Virus record (IMG/VR): IMGVR_UViG_3300042559_001081
Span: 62,001 to 126,000 of that record
Strand: one strand, 5' to 3'
Origin: an uncultured virus (IMG/VR IMGVR_UViG_3300042559_001081)
Lineage: Duplodnaviria > Heunggongvirae > Uroviricota > Caudoviricetes
DNA: 64,000 bases
Position numbers and translations under genes: made by a program. Positions 51,491 through 60,747 of the stretch are shown piece by piece. The first letter of the stretch is position 1. Each line of letters starts with the position of its first letter. Under the pieces are notes generated by a model. That model ran no database searches. It was not told where the DNA came from and saw nothing but the letters and a program-made list of their open reading frames with translations.

Positions 51491-52636
51491 TTATTTGCGA
51501 ACAGCATCCGACGGTGAAATAAACCTCCTTGACGTTGTTGTGACTGTTTGCACCTTAGGTGCTGTAACAGAGGATGCCGATGCGGTTGTTTGAGCCGGTG
51601 CTGTATAATTAGACAACCTCGGGCCACCTGGAGTTTCTACGACTTTATATTGTTGAGTAACTGTTACCAGACCTTTAGGTGTGTCGATTGTTTTTACACC
51701 TGTTACTATGTCGCCAACTTGAGCAACTCTATTTGCTACTGCATCATTGAGCTGTTCTTCAGTTAAGGGTTGTCCGCCAATGTCGGCAACCGGGGGTCTT
51801 CCGTTGTTTGATAACGTTCCACTATTTGCAACTGGATTTACTCCATTAATTAATAAGTCTCTTACTTTTTCACCTGTTCTAAAATCATATCTGTTATCCA
51901 GTGCATTTATAAGTTTGTAAGCATAGGGATCGCCAACTGGCGGCAATGACGAATTAGGTAATGGCTGAAATCCTGCTGATCCGCCAAAAACACGCTGGCC
52001 GCCGCCTGCTGCAATTTCTGCTTGAGTTTTTAGAGATGTACCAGTTGGTTGATAAGGTGCACTTCCATTTTCAATATCAACCGTTGAAAGATTTCCTGGG
52101 CCTCCATTTCTAATATCTGCAAGATTGTATGAAAAAACATCGGCATTATGTCCCGACGAATTAAGTCCGTCTCCTGAATAATAGCTTTGTCCTTTTCTAA
52201 CAAACCCATTTGGTCCTTGCGTATCATAAGGTACCGGAACAGATGCAAATTCTCTAGCTAATTCTAACTGAAAATCTAAATCTGATAAAGATCCAGACTT
52301 CCATTGATCGAGCTTTCTTAGATCTTTTAATCTTAAAATAATTAGATAATCTTGAACGTCGGGACTAAATCTTATTGTGCCCGGTAGTCCAGAAAGAGTA
52401 ACAACTTCTCTTAGTGTGCCTCTAATAAATTGATATCTTCCTATTGCCGATGATTTAAATCCTGCTCTAATTCTATCCGTTTGATATTGATCGATTTGTG
52501 CAAGTGTATATTCAGGAATCATTGGATCAGCAGTGCTTGGCCAAAGTGACGAATAAGGATCTGCTCCCCGAACTGCTTCTCCTTTAGCAACAAGGTCTAA
52601 TAATTTTCTTTCTTGATCGGAAATCTGTATTGCCAT
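51491..52636 (-). CDS. Virion-associated lysozyme-fold (lambda-like muramidase) protein
   Basis: LLDLVAKGE, SSAIGRYQFI..TL, FSPDVQD, LAREFASVP. Confidence 0.7.
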   Translation of the reverse strand: MAIQISDQERKLLDLVAKGEAVRGADPYSSLWPSTADPMIPEYTLAQIDQYQTDRIRAGFKSSAIGRYQFIRGTLREVVTLSGLPGTIRFSPDVQDYLIILRLKDLRKLDQWKSGSLSDLDFQLELAREFASVPVPYDTQGPNGFVRKGQSYYSGDGLNSSGHNADVFSYNLADIRNGGPGNLSTVDIENGSAPYQPTGTSLKTQAEIAAGGGQRVFGGSAGFQPLPNSSLPPVGDPYAYKLINALDNRYDFRTGEKVRDLLINGVNPVANSGTLSNNGRPPVADIGGQPLTEEQLNDAVANRVAQVGDIVTGVKTIDTPKGLVTVTQQYKVVETPGGPRLSNYTAPAQTTASASSVTAPKVQTVTTTSRRFISPSDAVRK

Positions 52637-52645
52637 GTTAAATCC

Positions 52646-55144
52646 TTACTGTGGTCCACTAGATGGTTGTTCTTTAGATATATAATCAGAGTTTTTAGGA
52701 GCCATAGGAATTATACCGTTTGCAGGAATATCTATAGTCCCGCCTTCGGCTCTAGCAACACTAAAATGCATTGCATCATCGATGTTTGGCCAATTGCCTC
52801 CCCAACCAAGACCCCATTTTGCAATTAATTGTCTAACTATAGCAACTGGCATATCTGTTCTTGGCGCATCTGGCGGGCGTGGTGAAAAATACCCGTTAGG
52901 ATATCCATTTATTATAGGTGTCGGTTTGTTAATATCAAGAGCTGCACCCGATGCATGATACGAGAACCCTGTTCCGCCTGTTACACTTCTGTAAGCATAT
53001 CCGTCTAGTCGTTTTATTACATAACCAGTTGCTTCTAGGTCATCAATAAATCCTTGGAAAGTATCTTTAAACACCTCTGCAACTTGTGCAGTTAATCCTC
53101 TTTTTGACCTAATAGTTGCAAGAGGACCTTGCCCTTCTGCTGGTATAGCTACTGAACCGCCAGCGGTTCTAGGATATTCAAGATCTCCGGAATTGCCAAG
53201 GCCGACACCTCCACTACCAGGAACCGTCACACTGGATTTTCTTCCAGTTACACTCTTTTGGAAAGTATCAGGTGTTAACACTCGATCATTCGTCGGCAAT
53301 TCTCCAGGTAATTCTCTATCTGTTTGTTCGGGTTTAAATGCATATGGGTTCATGTTTTCGTGTTGAGTCCACGGTTCTCTTTGTGGTGCTCTAGTTACAA
53401 TACTATCATATGGAACTGGAACTGTTGCACCAGGAAAGTTATAAGGCAAAATTACTGTAGGCAAAGGTTTTCCTGCATATGCACTTGTTGGTGCTGTAGG
53501 AGTGTTGCCGCCGATTGGTTTAATAGCCGGAGCAGGCGCTGTTGAGGTACCGCTGTTTAAATTAATAGATCCGCTGCCGTCAACATCGAACTTACTGGAA
53601 AGAACACTAAACGCATCTTTCGCTTCATTGAGAACTGTGTTGCCAATTTGGTGTACTTTATCTTTTGCCTGTGAATAAATGCTTGCTTGAGATGTAACGT
53701 GTACTTCGCCCGACGCTTGTGTAAAATACGAACCTGCAATGTCGTCAACCATGTCAGCAAAAGATTTTCTAAACCAACTTCCGACCGCAGTTTGATGTAC
53801 AGATCCTTCTGCTCTTGAATACATGTTTTGATTAGTATTCATGCTTATATCACCACTAGCTGTTACCTTAAGTTCTCTAGAGGAATTTATATCTATGCTT
53901 TCAACAGATCTAACAGATGTATTTCTTCCTGCATACAAACTTAGATCGTATAAAGATTCGATGTGTACGCGGCCACTTTCTTTTCCATCCATGATAGGAG
54001 CACCGTCACTCCAACGTGCTGCGGCTTTCATATTGATATTTCTACCAGCTTCGAGATTTATGTCTCTTTCTGCTGTTATATTTAGATCCTGGTTGGTCAT
54101 TATACTAATACTGTCATCAGCATGAATATCTATTTTACCGTCTGAAGTTAATTCTATCCATGCAGTGCCTCTGCTGTTTGCAATATAAATCAAATCTTCT
54201 GAATTGTGCAATAATATTTGATGTCCAGTTCTAGTTCTAATTCTAATACACTCGTTTTGAGGAATTGTTTCGTCGCCTCCGGGTTCTCCTGCTTCTTTGT
54301 TTATATAAAAAGGAGGACCATCAGCAGCATGTGTAGCTCTAATAAACTTATCATCGCCGTCGTCCATAACAATAGAACTTCCACCTAATCTACTCTTTGG
54401 TAAAGAAACTTCGTTGTTTGTTGTACCAGATTTTTTAGTAGGTGATTTTAATCTTTTATCTAAAGGTCCCGGAGTGTTTATACCAAACACTGCACTCGGA
54501 ACTTCACGTCTTGCCGAACTAGTAGTTAAACCTCTAACTTCGTCATACAGTAATCCCTGAACTTCTAGTATTTCAGTAAAATCTTTATTATAAGGTTTAG
54601 TATATTGTGTAGGATCGTTGTTGACTTTGGTTTCTAAAGCCTTGTTATATTCGCCAACTGGTAGCTTTTTTCCTTTTAAGTTTTGAGGTGTTGCTGGAGA
54701 TGTTAACTCAGTTGCTGCTCGACCGTCCGGAACCATAAAATTCATGTACGGCTCAGGAACACAGGCAAACCAATATCCTAAGTCTCGTCGACCTTCCACA
54801 AACATAACTAGTACTTTCGATCCTACATCTGGAGGAACTGCCCAAAAACCGTAACTTTGCTGAGTATGACGATATGCGTCTACACCTTCTGTATCAGTAT
54901 ATGGGGTTACTCCGTAAAACGGTGTTGCATAACTTACAACTACTGTTTCGTTTTCTGCTTTTTCACTGCGGAAGTCAGCATCACCAAACATACTTGTTTT
55001 TAAGAGCCTTACTTTTAAGGCTCCCATATAATTTCTATCTAAATGTCCAACAACTTCGGCAATAAATGGGCCAGGATTTCCAGACATTACTGCATCATTC
55101 GGAGAACGCGAAGTCTTGTTTGTTACTCTATTATTTACGCTCAT
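52646..55144 (-). CDS. gp5-like baseplate hub/spike with C-terminal M15-family peptidase
   Basis: N-terminal OB-like GALKVRL...WAVPPDVGSKVLVMF, RTRTGHQI, beta-helix-like repeats, C-terminal SYHASGAALDIN...WGGNW..DDAMHF. Confidence 0.75.
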   Translation of the reverse strand: MSVNNRVTNKTSRSPNDAVMSGNPGPFIAEVVGHLDRNYMGALKVRLLKTSMFGDADFRSEKAENETVVVSYATPFYGVTPYTDTEGVDAYRHTQQSYGFWAVPPDVGSKVLVMFVEGRRDLGYWFACVPEPYMNFMVPDGRAATELTSPATPQNLKGKKLPVGEYNKALETKVNNDPTQYTKPYNKDFTEILEVQGLLYDEVRGLTTSSARREVPSAVFGINTPGPLDKRLKSPTKKSGTTNNEVSLPKSRLGGSSIVMDDGDDKFIRATHAADGPPFYINKEAGEPGGDETIPQNECIRIRTRTGHQILLHNSEDLIYIANSRGTAWIELTSDGKIDIHADDSISIMTNQDLNITAERDINLEAGRNINMKAAARWSDGAPIMDGKESGRVHIESLYDLSLYAGRNTSVRSVESIDINSSRELKVTASGDISMNTNQNMYSRAEGSVHQTAVGSWFRKSFADMVDDIAGSYFTQASGEVHVTSQASIYSQAKDKVHQIGNTVLNEAKDAFSVLSSKFDVDGSGSINLNSGTSTAPAPAIKPIGGNTPTAPTSAYAGKPLPTVILPYNFPGATVPVPYDSIVTRAPQREPWTQHENMNPYAFKPEQTDRELPGELPTNDRVLTPDTFQKSVTGRKSSVTVPGSGGVGLGNSGDLEYPRTAGGSVAIPAEGQGPLATIRSKRGLTAQVAEVFKDTFQGFIDDLEATGYVIKRLDGYAYRSVTGGTGFSYHASGAALDINKPTPIINGYPNGYFSPRPPDAPRTDMPVAIVRQLIAKWGLGWGGNWPNIDDAMHFSVARAEGGTIDIPANGIIPMAPKNSDYISKEQPSSGPQ

Positions 55145-55153
55145 TGTTATCCT

Positions 55154-57538
55154 TTAAAATAATTTAAATTTGCCGAGCGAACTTTGAATAGTGTTCGGCA
55201 AAGACTTTACAGTACCTGATATTTGATTTATTGAGGTGGAAATTGCACCTATATTTTCCGAAAAGGATGAAAGTCCTGAAATAACTCCAGGAAAGCCGCC
55301 CGTTTTTATTTGATTTATACTATTTTGTAAATTTCGAAAATCTGACTGTATTTGGTTAAACGGTGCAGCAATACCGTTAATGGTACTTATAAAATTGTTT
55401 TGTATTAATTGAAAACTATTAATAAAATTGTTCGCCGATTCTATTGCTTGAAATATAGAAGTTTCTCCTAACGACTGGAATAATTCTACTTTCATTAAGT
55501 CTAAATTAAAACTTTGATATTGTTCGGGCAAGATTTGTAAAAATGGTTGTATTATCTGACTTACAGATTGTATAGATTGATTTAATGCAAATTCTGCTGC
55601 TTCAAGATTAATTGCCGATACAAACGCACTCGTTACCATGTTTGAAGTATCAATTGATTCCGATGTTTGATTCGGTCTTCTAAGTAAAGACAACTCTTGT
55701 GTAAATTGACCTTTTGAAAAAGTTGATGTTAGAGTAACTACTCTGTATATTCCATTAAAACCGTTTGCAGGATCTAATGTCATTAAACCTGTATTTTTAT
55801 TATAATCTATTCCACTTTTAATTTGTAATAAAACATCAACCTCTGACGATATATAATCCACTGTGCCATCTTCGTTTAAGTATATAGAATCTGGGCCTGA
55901 TCTATAATTTCCAGCATCGCTGTCATTTAGATAATAAGGGTCGCCTAGTATTTTTAAATTTAAAGACACGTTATCAACACTGCTGTTTAATATCATATCA
56001 TTAAATGCTCTAGCAATTATATTTTTTCTGTCAAACGACCCTAGACCACCTGCTAACATTATTTCTTTAGCTGTTTTTTCAACTCTTTTGTAGATATTAA
56101 AAGCTATCCAGGATACAGACGATTCTAACGGAACTATTTCCGGAGGTAATGTGTTTTCTCCGATAATGTTTTTCATATAAGCATCTTGTCCTGCTTCTGT
56201 ATTAAACGAAGGATTATAAAACCCGTTATCAATTGAAAATTCAAAATCAAGTACTTCGGTATTTTTGCCTGTATACGAATAATAATAAGCTTTAACACAA
56301 TCTGCAATGTTTGAAGCGTAGTTAAATGGTGTAGTAGATGTACTAAATTTAGAAAAATGAACTTTGTAAGGAATTACAATATATTCAATTTCATATGCTG
56401 GTCGACTTGATATCGATTCGTCTCCTAAAGTTAAAATTCTAACCTTAGAATCAATTCTAAACCAGTTTACCATTCCTCTGCCATCTGGTTGTGACAAACT
56501 CTGTGTTAAGTTTTTTCCCCATGCACTACTTAAAATAACTTCTTTTATTACTTCTTCTATTTTTGTTCCTTCATTAAAAGTATAAACTTTTTCACTAGGG
56601 TCAATAGTAATCGGTCCTCGTTGTGCTATATTATCAACTACTACATCTTCATCATTTGCAACGTTGTCTTTTGCAAAATCATTTAAATTTTCAATGATAT
56701 AAGAATTACCAAGTTCGTTTACATCTGTATTAAATGACGCACCTGTAGGTGTCGATATTATTCTTGTAGAATTACCGTTATTAGGAAAACTTATAATATA
56801 TCGATCTCCAGTTTTTTGATTTTTTTGTGCGGCAGCAGCTAGACCTGGGTCAACAGTGCCTTCGCCGTATCCTACTGGAATTATTTCTCTTCTGTTAAGT
56901 TCGTTTGCCAAACTATTCTCAGCAGAACTTAACATTTCACCAACTGTTGTTCCTTTAATAGATGTAGTCTTCTTTAATCTTGATATTTCATCCGTATACG
57001 CAAGATGATTGTAAGAAATAGCACTTACGTTATAAATTGTGCCGCCGGCGTCAACTTTAAAAGTAACATTTGTTAACTTTATAACAAAGCAGCGTCTTGA
57101 AACAAATTTTTCAATATTATTTTCTGAATCCCATCCTATAAAATCTAAAGATAACAAAAATGGTGCTTCGATATAATTTTTATAACCAGCTGCATCTGCT
57201 GCAACAAACAAAGACTGAAAAAACAATCCAACGCTGTATGGCTCAGTAACTGTAAATTCCATTGTCGTAACTGTAGTAACCCCAGTACCTGGGTTAGGAG
57301 AAACCAATGACGAAATCATAACATCGTCAATAAAATACTCTACATTTATTCCTAAGCTAGATTCTATTGCTGTCTTGGTTGGTTTATCTGGAAGACCCCC
57401 TGACCTTATTATAGGCAAATTTCCTCCAGTAGATCTATACAAATCAGGATTGTTAAGTTCGTCTGGTCTAAGCGGTCCAAAAGTCCACCGATAGTTGTAA
57501 GATCTAAACTTACTTAACTCGTTTTTTTGTACAGCCAT
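55154..57538 (-). CDS. Baseplate hub-like structural protein
   Basis: Directly upstream of the gp5-like gene; ILGDPYYL and FNGIYRVVTLTSTFSKGQFTQELSLLR hub-type motifs. Confidence 0.55.
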   Translation of the reverse strand: MAVQKNELSKFRSYNYRWTFGPLRPDELNNPDLYRSTGGNLPIIRSGGLPDKPTKTAIESSLGINVEYFIDDVMISSLVSPNPGTGVTTVTTMEFTVTEPYSVGLFFQSLFVAADAAGYKNYIEAPFLLSLDFIGWDSENNIEKFVSRRCFVIKLTNVTFKVDAGGTIYNVSAISYNHLAYTDEISRLKKTTSIKGTTVGEMLSSAENSLANELNRREIIPVGYGEGTVDPGLAAAAQKNQKTGDRYIISFPNNGNSTRIISTPTGASFNTDVNELGNSYIIENLNDFAKDNVANDEDVVVDNIAQRGPITIDPSEKVYTFNEGTKIEEVIKEVILSSAWGKNLTQSLSQPDGRGMVNWFRIDSKVRILTLGDESISSRPAYEIEYIVIPYKVHFSKFSTSTTPFNYASNIADCVKAYYYSYTGKNTEVLDFEFSIDNGFYNPSFNTEAGQDAYMKNIIGENTLPPEIVPLESSVSWIAFNIYKRVEKTAKEIMLAGGLGSFDRKNIIARAFNDMILNSSVDNVSLNLKILGDPYYLNDSDAGNYRSGPDSIYLNEDGTVDYISSEVDVLLQIKSGIDYNKNTGLMTLDPANGFNGIYRVVTLTSTFSKGQFTQELSLLRRPNQTSESIDTSNMVTSAFVSAINLEAAEFALNQSIQSVSQIIQPFLQILPEQYQSFNLDLMKVELFQSLGETSIFQAIESANNFINSFQLIQNNFISTINGIAAPFNQIQSDFRNLQNSINQIKTGGFPGVISGLSSFSENIGAISTSINQISGTVKSLPNTIQSSLGKFKLF

Positions 57539-57539
57539 A

Positions 57540-57842
57540 TTAAATCCCTATAACAGTAGTAAGTGTTGATTTTTTAGGCAAGTATATTTGAGTTCCTGCA
57601 ACAAAGTCAAATATAGGATCTTTAATTACTTCGATGTTTCTTACTGAAAATACCCACCAAAGTTTAGAACTTCCGTATAAGTCAAATGCTAACAAGTCAG
57701 GTCTATATGTGTATTGTGGTTGTATAGAATACACAATGTCATCTGCTTGTGGCGGTATTGATCTTTTAACATAAAAATCTAAATAGTTACCAATATTTAC
57801 TTTTGTATTTGCCCAAGGACTTGATTTTGAATACACCGACAT
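57540..57842 (-). CDS. gp53-like (LysM-like) baseplate wedge protein
   Basis: YRPDLLAFDLYGSSKLWWVF..RN...DPIFDF..G..IYLP. Confidence 0.75.
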   Translation of the reverse strand: MSVYSKSSPWANTKVNIGNYLDFYVKRSIPPQADDIVYSIQPQYTYRPDLLAFDLYGSSKLWWVFSVRNIEVIKDPIFDFVAGTQIYLPKKSTLTTVIGI

Positions 57843-58774
57843 TAAATAAATCCTTTATTTGTTGTACTTTGTTGACCTATATAACCACCTTGTGCAAATT
57901 CATCAAGGTTAAATTTGCTAACATCGTCTCTGCTGTATATTGGTTGGAGTGTTACGTTTAGATTACTTAAAACCGGAACATAAGAATAGGACGACGAGTT
58001 GTTGTCTGTTGAAAAACCGCCATTTATAGGAACTTTAATATAGTCAACGTCGTTTCTTAAATCTAATGTAAATAATTTTACGACACACGGTACTTTGTTA
58101 AAAATAAAATCTCCGTATCCACTCAAATAAACAATAGGTGGCGGTGCTCCTAGGTTTGTTGAGCTTCCATAAAACATTTTTGTTATAGATCTTAAAAAAT
58201 GAACCGATGCAATCCAGTAGCGTCCATCCGATTCGTTCTCAACTGGAAACTCGCCAGTTATAGTGATATCTTCAACTGCCGAGTTTTGGTATTGTAAGAA
58301 TGGATAATTTGTATGTGTCGGCGATAATGTATTATAATTTGCCGAGTGTGCAACAGTAATTTGAGGAGTAGTTGGCCATACCATTGCATTACCCGAAAAT
58401 TTCAATGGTGCAAACATAGAAGAATTTAAAAATTCAGGAGTATTAGGTAAACTTAATCTAACACGCCAATCAGCACCTGATGTTTGTGATGCTGCACTGT
58501 ATGATCCATACGCTCTAGTTTGTTCTGTATATTCTGCACCGGCGGGCAAATTTCCAAGTCTGATTTGAGATATATATGTTACAGGATTAGAAATATTTTG
58601 TATATTAGATGTAAAATTTCCTTGTCTTACGTTACTAAATGTATTTTGAAAATTATTTTGTAAATTTTGAAAACTATCAACTACTCCGCCAACGGTGTTA
58701 GCAAAAGAACTTATTCTATTTGCTGTAGAACTAATACTTTGTGTAATTTGTGTTAACTTTGTTAAAAATCCCAT
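57842..58774 (-). CDS. Baseplate/tail-tube initiator-like protein
   Basis: WPTTPQI, HTNYP, GAPPPIVYLSGYG...VPCVV; first gene of tail operon; ATG 58774 with GGAG RBS preferred. Confidence 0.5.
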   Translation of the reverse strand: MGFLTKLTQITQSISSTANRISSFANTVGGVVDSFQNLQNNFQNTFSNVRQGNFTSNIQNISNPVTYISQIRLGNLPAGAEYTEQTRAYGSYSAASQTSGADWRVRLSLPNTPEFLNSSMFAPLKFSGNAMVWPTTPQITVAHSANYNTLSPTHTNYPFLQYQNSAVEDITITGEFPVENESDGRYWIASVHFLRSITKMFYGSSTNLGAPPPIVYLSGYGDFIFNKVPCVVKLFTLDLRNDVDYIKVPINGGFSTDNNSSSYSYVPVLSNLNVTLQPIYSRDDVSKFNLDEFAQGGYIGQQSTTNKGFI

Positions 58775-58792
58775 GACACCATTCTCCATATA

Positions 58793-58798
58793 TATTTA
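58793..58798 (-). promoter_or_regulatory. Late promoter core TAAATA heading the tail operon
   Basis: Same hexamer found upstream of several structural genes. Confidence 0.6.
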
Positions 58799-58799
58799 G

Positions 58800-58828
58800 T
58801 TGACAAAATTATATACGTATATTAAAAT
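58800..58828 (+). promoter_or_regulatory. Sigma70-type promoter for the late sigma gene
   Basis: TTGACA, 17 nt, TAAAAT, followed by AGGAG RBS and ATG 58852. Confidence 0.8.
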
Positions 58829-58851
58829 AAAGTAATTTCCTAGGAGAAAAA

Positions 58852-59676
58852 ATGAAAAAAGTAAACTATCTTAATAACAAAGACATGTTATTAGAAATAC
58901 ACAAGTCAAAGAACACGTTTTCAAGCTTTGTTGACCCCGATTATGTTGATTATGATCTAATTTTGCCTGATCTAGACAAGATTAATATAAGAACTATTGC
59001 AGAAGCAAAGAAAAATAGAGCAAAAAAACTTACTTTAAAAAAGTACGAAGAAGAAAAACTTCTAAATAATAAAACAAAGTTATCTGAAATAGAGATAGAC
59101 TATAAAAAAATAGAAAAAACTGACTTAATTTTTAGAATTATGACATACGATCACATACCAGAAGAAGCAGGTCGTAAAAAAAATCCAAAAAATGTTGCAG
59201 ACACTAAAGTAAAATTAAATTTTCCACCATTTCAACATTGGAAATTTGATGAAAATGACAATCTTATATGTGTTGGAAAAAGTCATTGGCAAGGTGGCAT
59301 GGAAAACGGGCATTTTTCTAAAGATCACGGAAAAGCAACAAACAAGCTTGCACTTATGTGGATGAAATTATGTGATCGTTATGCTACTCGTGGTAATGTT
59401 CGTGGTTATACCTACAACGACGAAATGAAGGGACAAGCAATACTACAGCTAGCACAAATAGGGTTGCAGTTTGATGAGTCAAAAAGTCAAAATCCATTTG
59501 CCTATTACACAGCCGCAGTTACTAACAGTTTTGTAAGAGTTATTAATTTAGAAAAACGTAATCAAAATATTAGAGATGACATTCTCGAAATGAACAACTT
59601 GAATCCTAGCTTTACTCGTCAAAGTGCTGGTGAATTCGAAGCTGGCTTAAAAAGATTCAATGATAGCCATGATTAA
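58852..59676 (+). CDS. gp55: Late-transcription sigma factor, T4 gp55-like
   Basis: VNYLNNKDML, N.RGYTYNDEM, FDESKSQNPFAYYT...NSF.R.I..EK; adjacent to gp47/gp46 as in T4-like phages. Confidence 0.85.
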   Translation: MKKVNYLNNKDMLLEIHKSKNTFSSFVDPDYVDYDLILPDLDKINIRTIAEAKKNRAKKLTLKKYEEEKLLNNKTKLSEIEIDYKKIEKTDLIFRIMTYDHIPEEAGRKKNPKNVADTKVKLNFPPFQHWKFDENDNLICVGKSHWQGGMENGHFSKDHGKATNKLALMWMKLCDRYATRGNVRGYTYNDEMKGQAILQLAQIGLQFDESKSQNPFAYYTAAVTNSFVRVINLEKRNQNIRDDILEMNNLNPSFTRQSAGEFEAGLKRFNDSHD

Positions 59677-59683
59677 TTTATAG

Positions 59684-59712
59684 TTGACATTTGTTATCTT
59701 ATCATTTATATT
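59684..59712 (+). promoter_or_regulatory. Sigma70-type promoter for gp47/gp46
   Basis: TTGACA, 17 nt, TATATT; GGAG RBS before GTG 59737. Confidence 0.7.
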
Positions 59713-59736
59713 ATATAGAGTTACGGAGTTATCTTA

Positions 59737-60747
59737 GTGTTTAAGAAAGCAGCAGTGTTTACGGACCTTCATTGTGGTATGAAGGGTAATTCAAAAATTC
59801 ATAATCAGGATTGTGAAGATTTTGTTGATTGGTATATCGAAACTGCCCAAAAAAATGGATGCGATACTGGAATCTTTTGCGGTGATTGGCATCACAACAG
59901 AAATAGTTTAAATTTAACAACTATGGATACCAGTATTAGATGTTTAGAAAAACTTGGAAAAGCTTTTGACCAGTTTTTTATGTTTGACGGCAATCACGAT
60001 CTTTATTATAAAGACAAAAGAGATGTAAATTCTACAGCATTTGCAAAACATATACCTGGAATTACAACTATTAACGATATTTACGTTAAAGACGACGTTG
60101 CTCTTATACCTTGGTTAGTTGGCGAAGAATGGAAACGCATTCCTAAGATAAAATCCAAGTATATGTTTGGACATTTTGAATTACCAAGCTTTTATATGAA
60201 CGCAATGGTGCAAATGCCCGATCACGGAGAACTTAAAAGTGAGCATTTTGTAAATCAAGACTATGTTTTTAGTGGACACTTCCACAAAAGACAGAAGCAA
60301 GGCAAAATTCACTACATAGGCAATGCATTTCCGCACAACTACGCCGATACATGGGACGATGATAGAGGAATGATGATCCTCGATCGAGAAAACAATAAAG
60401 AACCAGAGTACATTAATTGGGCAGATGCTCCTAAATATCGAAATGTTATGCTTTCTCAGTTGATAGACAACAAAGATACTTTAATAAAATCAAAAATGTA
60501 TCTTCGAGTAACATTAGATATTCCTATTTCCTACGAAGAAGCAAATTTTATTAAAGAAACGTTCATGGAACAGTACGAATGTAGAGAGATTACTCTAATT
60601 CCACAAAAGCAGATTGAAGAAATTAGCACTGACCTTGATATAGGACAGTTTGAGAGTGTTGATCAGATTGTTAGCAATGAAATTTTAGCTATCGACAGTG
60701 AAAATTTTGATAAATCTCTTCTATTAAAAATTTATAGTGAATTATGA
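59737..60747 (+). CDS. gp47: Recombination endonuclease subunit (Mre11/SbcD-like)
   Basis: Phosphoesterase motifs DLH, GDWHH, GNHD, GHF, SGHFH. Confidence 0.92.
   Translation: MFKKAAVFTDLHCGMKGNSKIHNQDCEDFVDWYIETAQKNGCDTGIFCGDWHHNRNSLNLTTMDTSIRCLEKLGKAFDQFFMFDGNHDLYYKDKRDVNSTAFAKHIPGITTINDIYVKDDVALIPWLVGEEWKRIPKIKSKYMFGHFELPSFYMNAMVQMPDHGELKSEHFVNQDYVFSGHFHKRQKQGKIHYIGNAFPHNYADTWDDDRGMMILDRENNKEPEYINWADAPKYRNVMLSQLIDNKDTLIKSKMYLRVTLDIPISYEEANFIKETFMEQYECREITLIPQKQIEEISTDLDIGQFESVDQIVSNEILAIDSENFDKSLLLKIYSEL

Noticed and set aside
2160..55065. Numerous plus-strand ORFs of 60-190 aa in the ORF track
   Set aside because: They lie wholly or largely antisense to long motif-bearing genes and show no recognisable motifs; shadow ORFs
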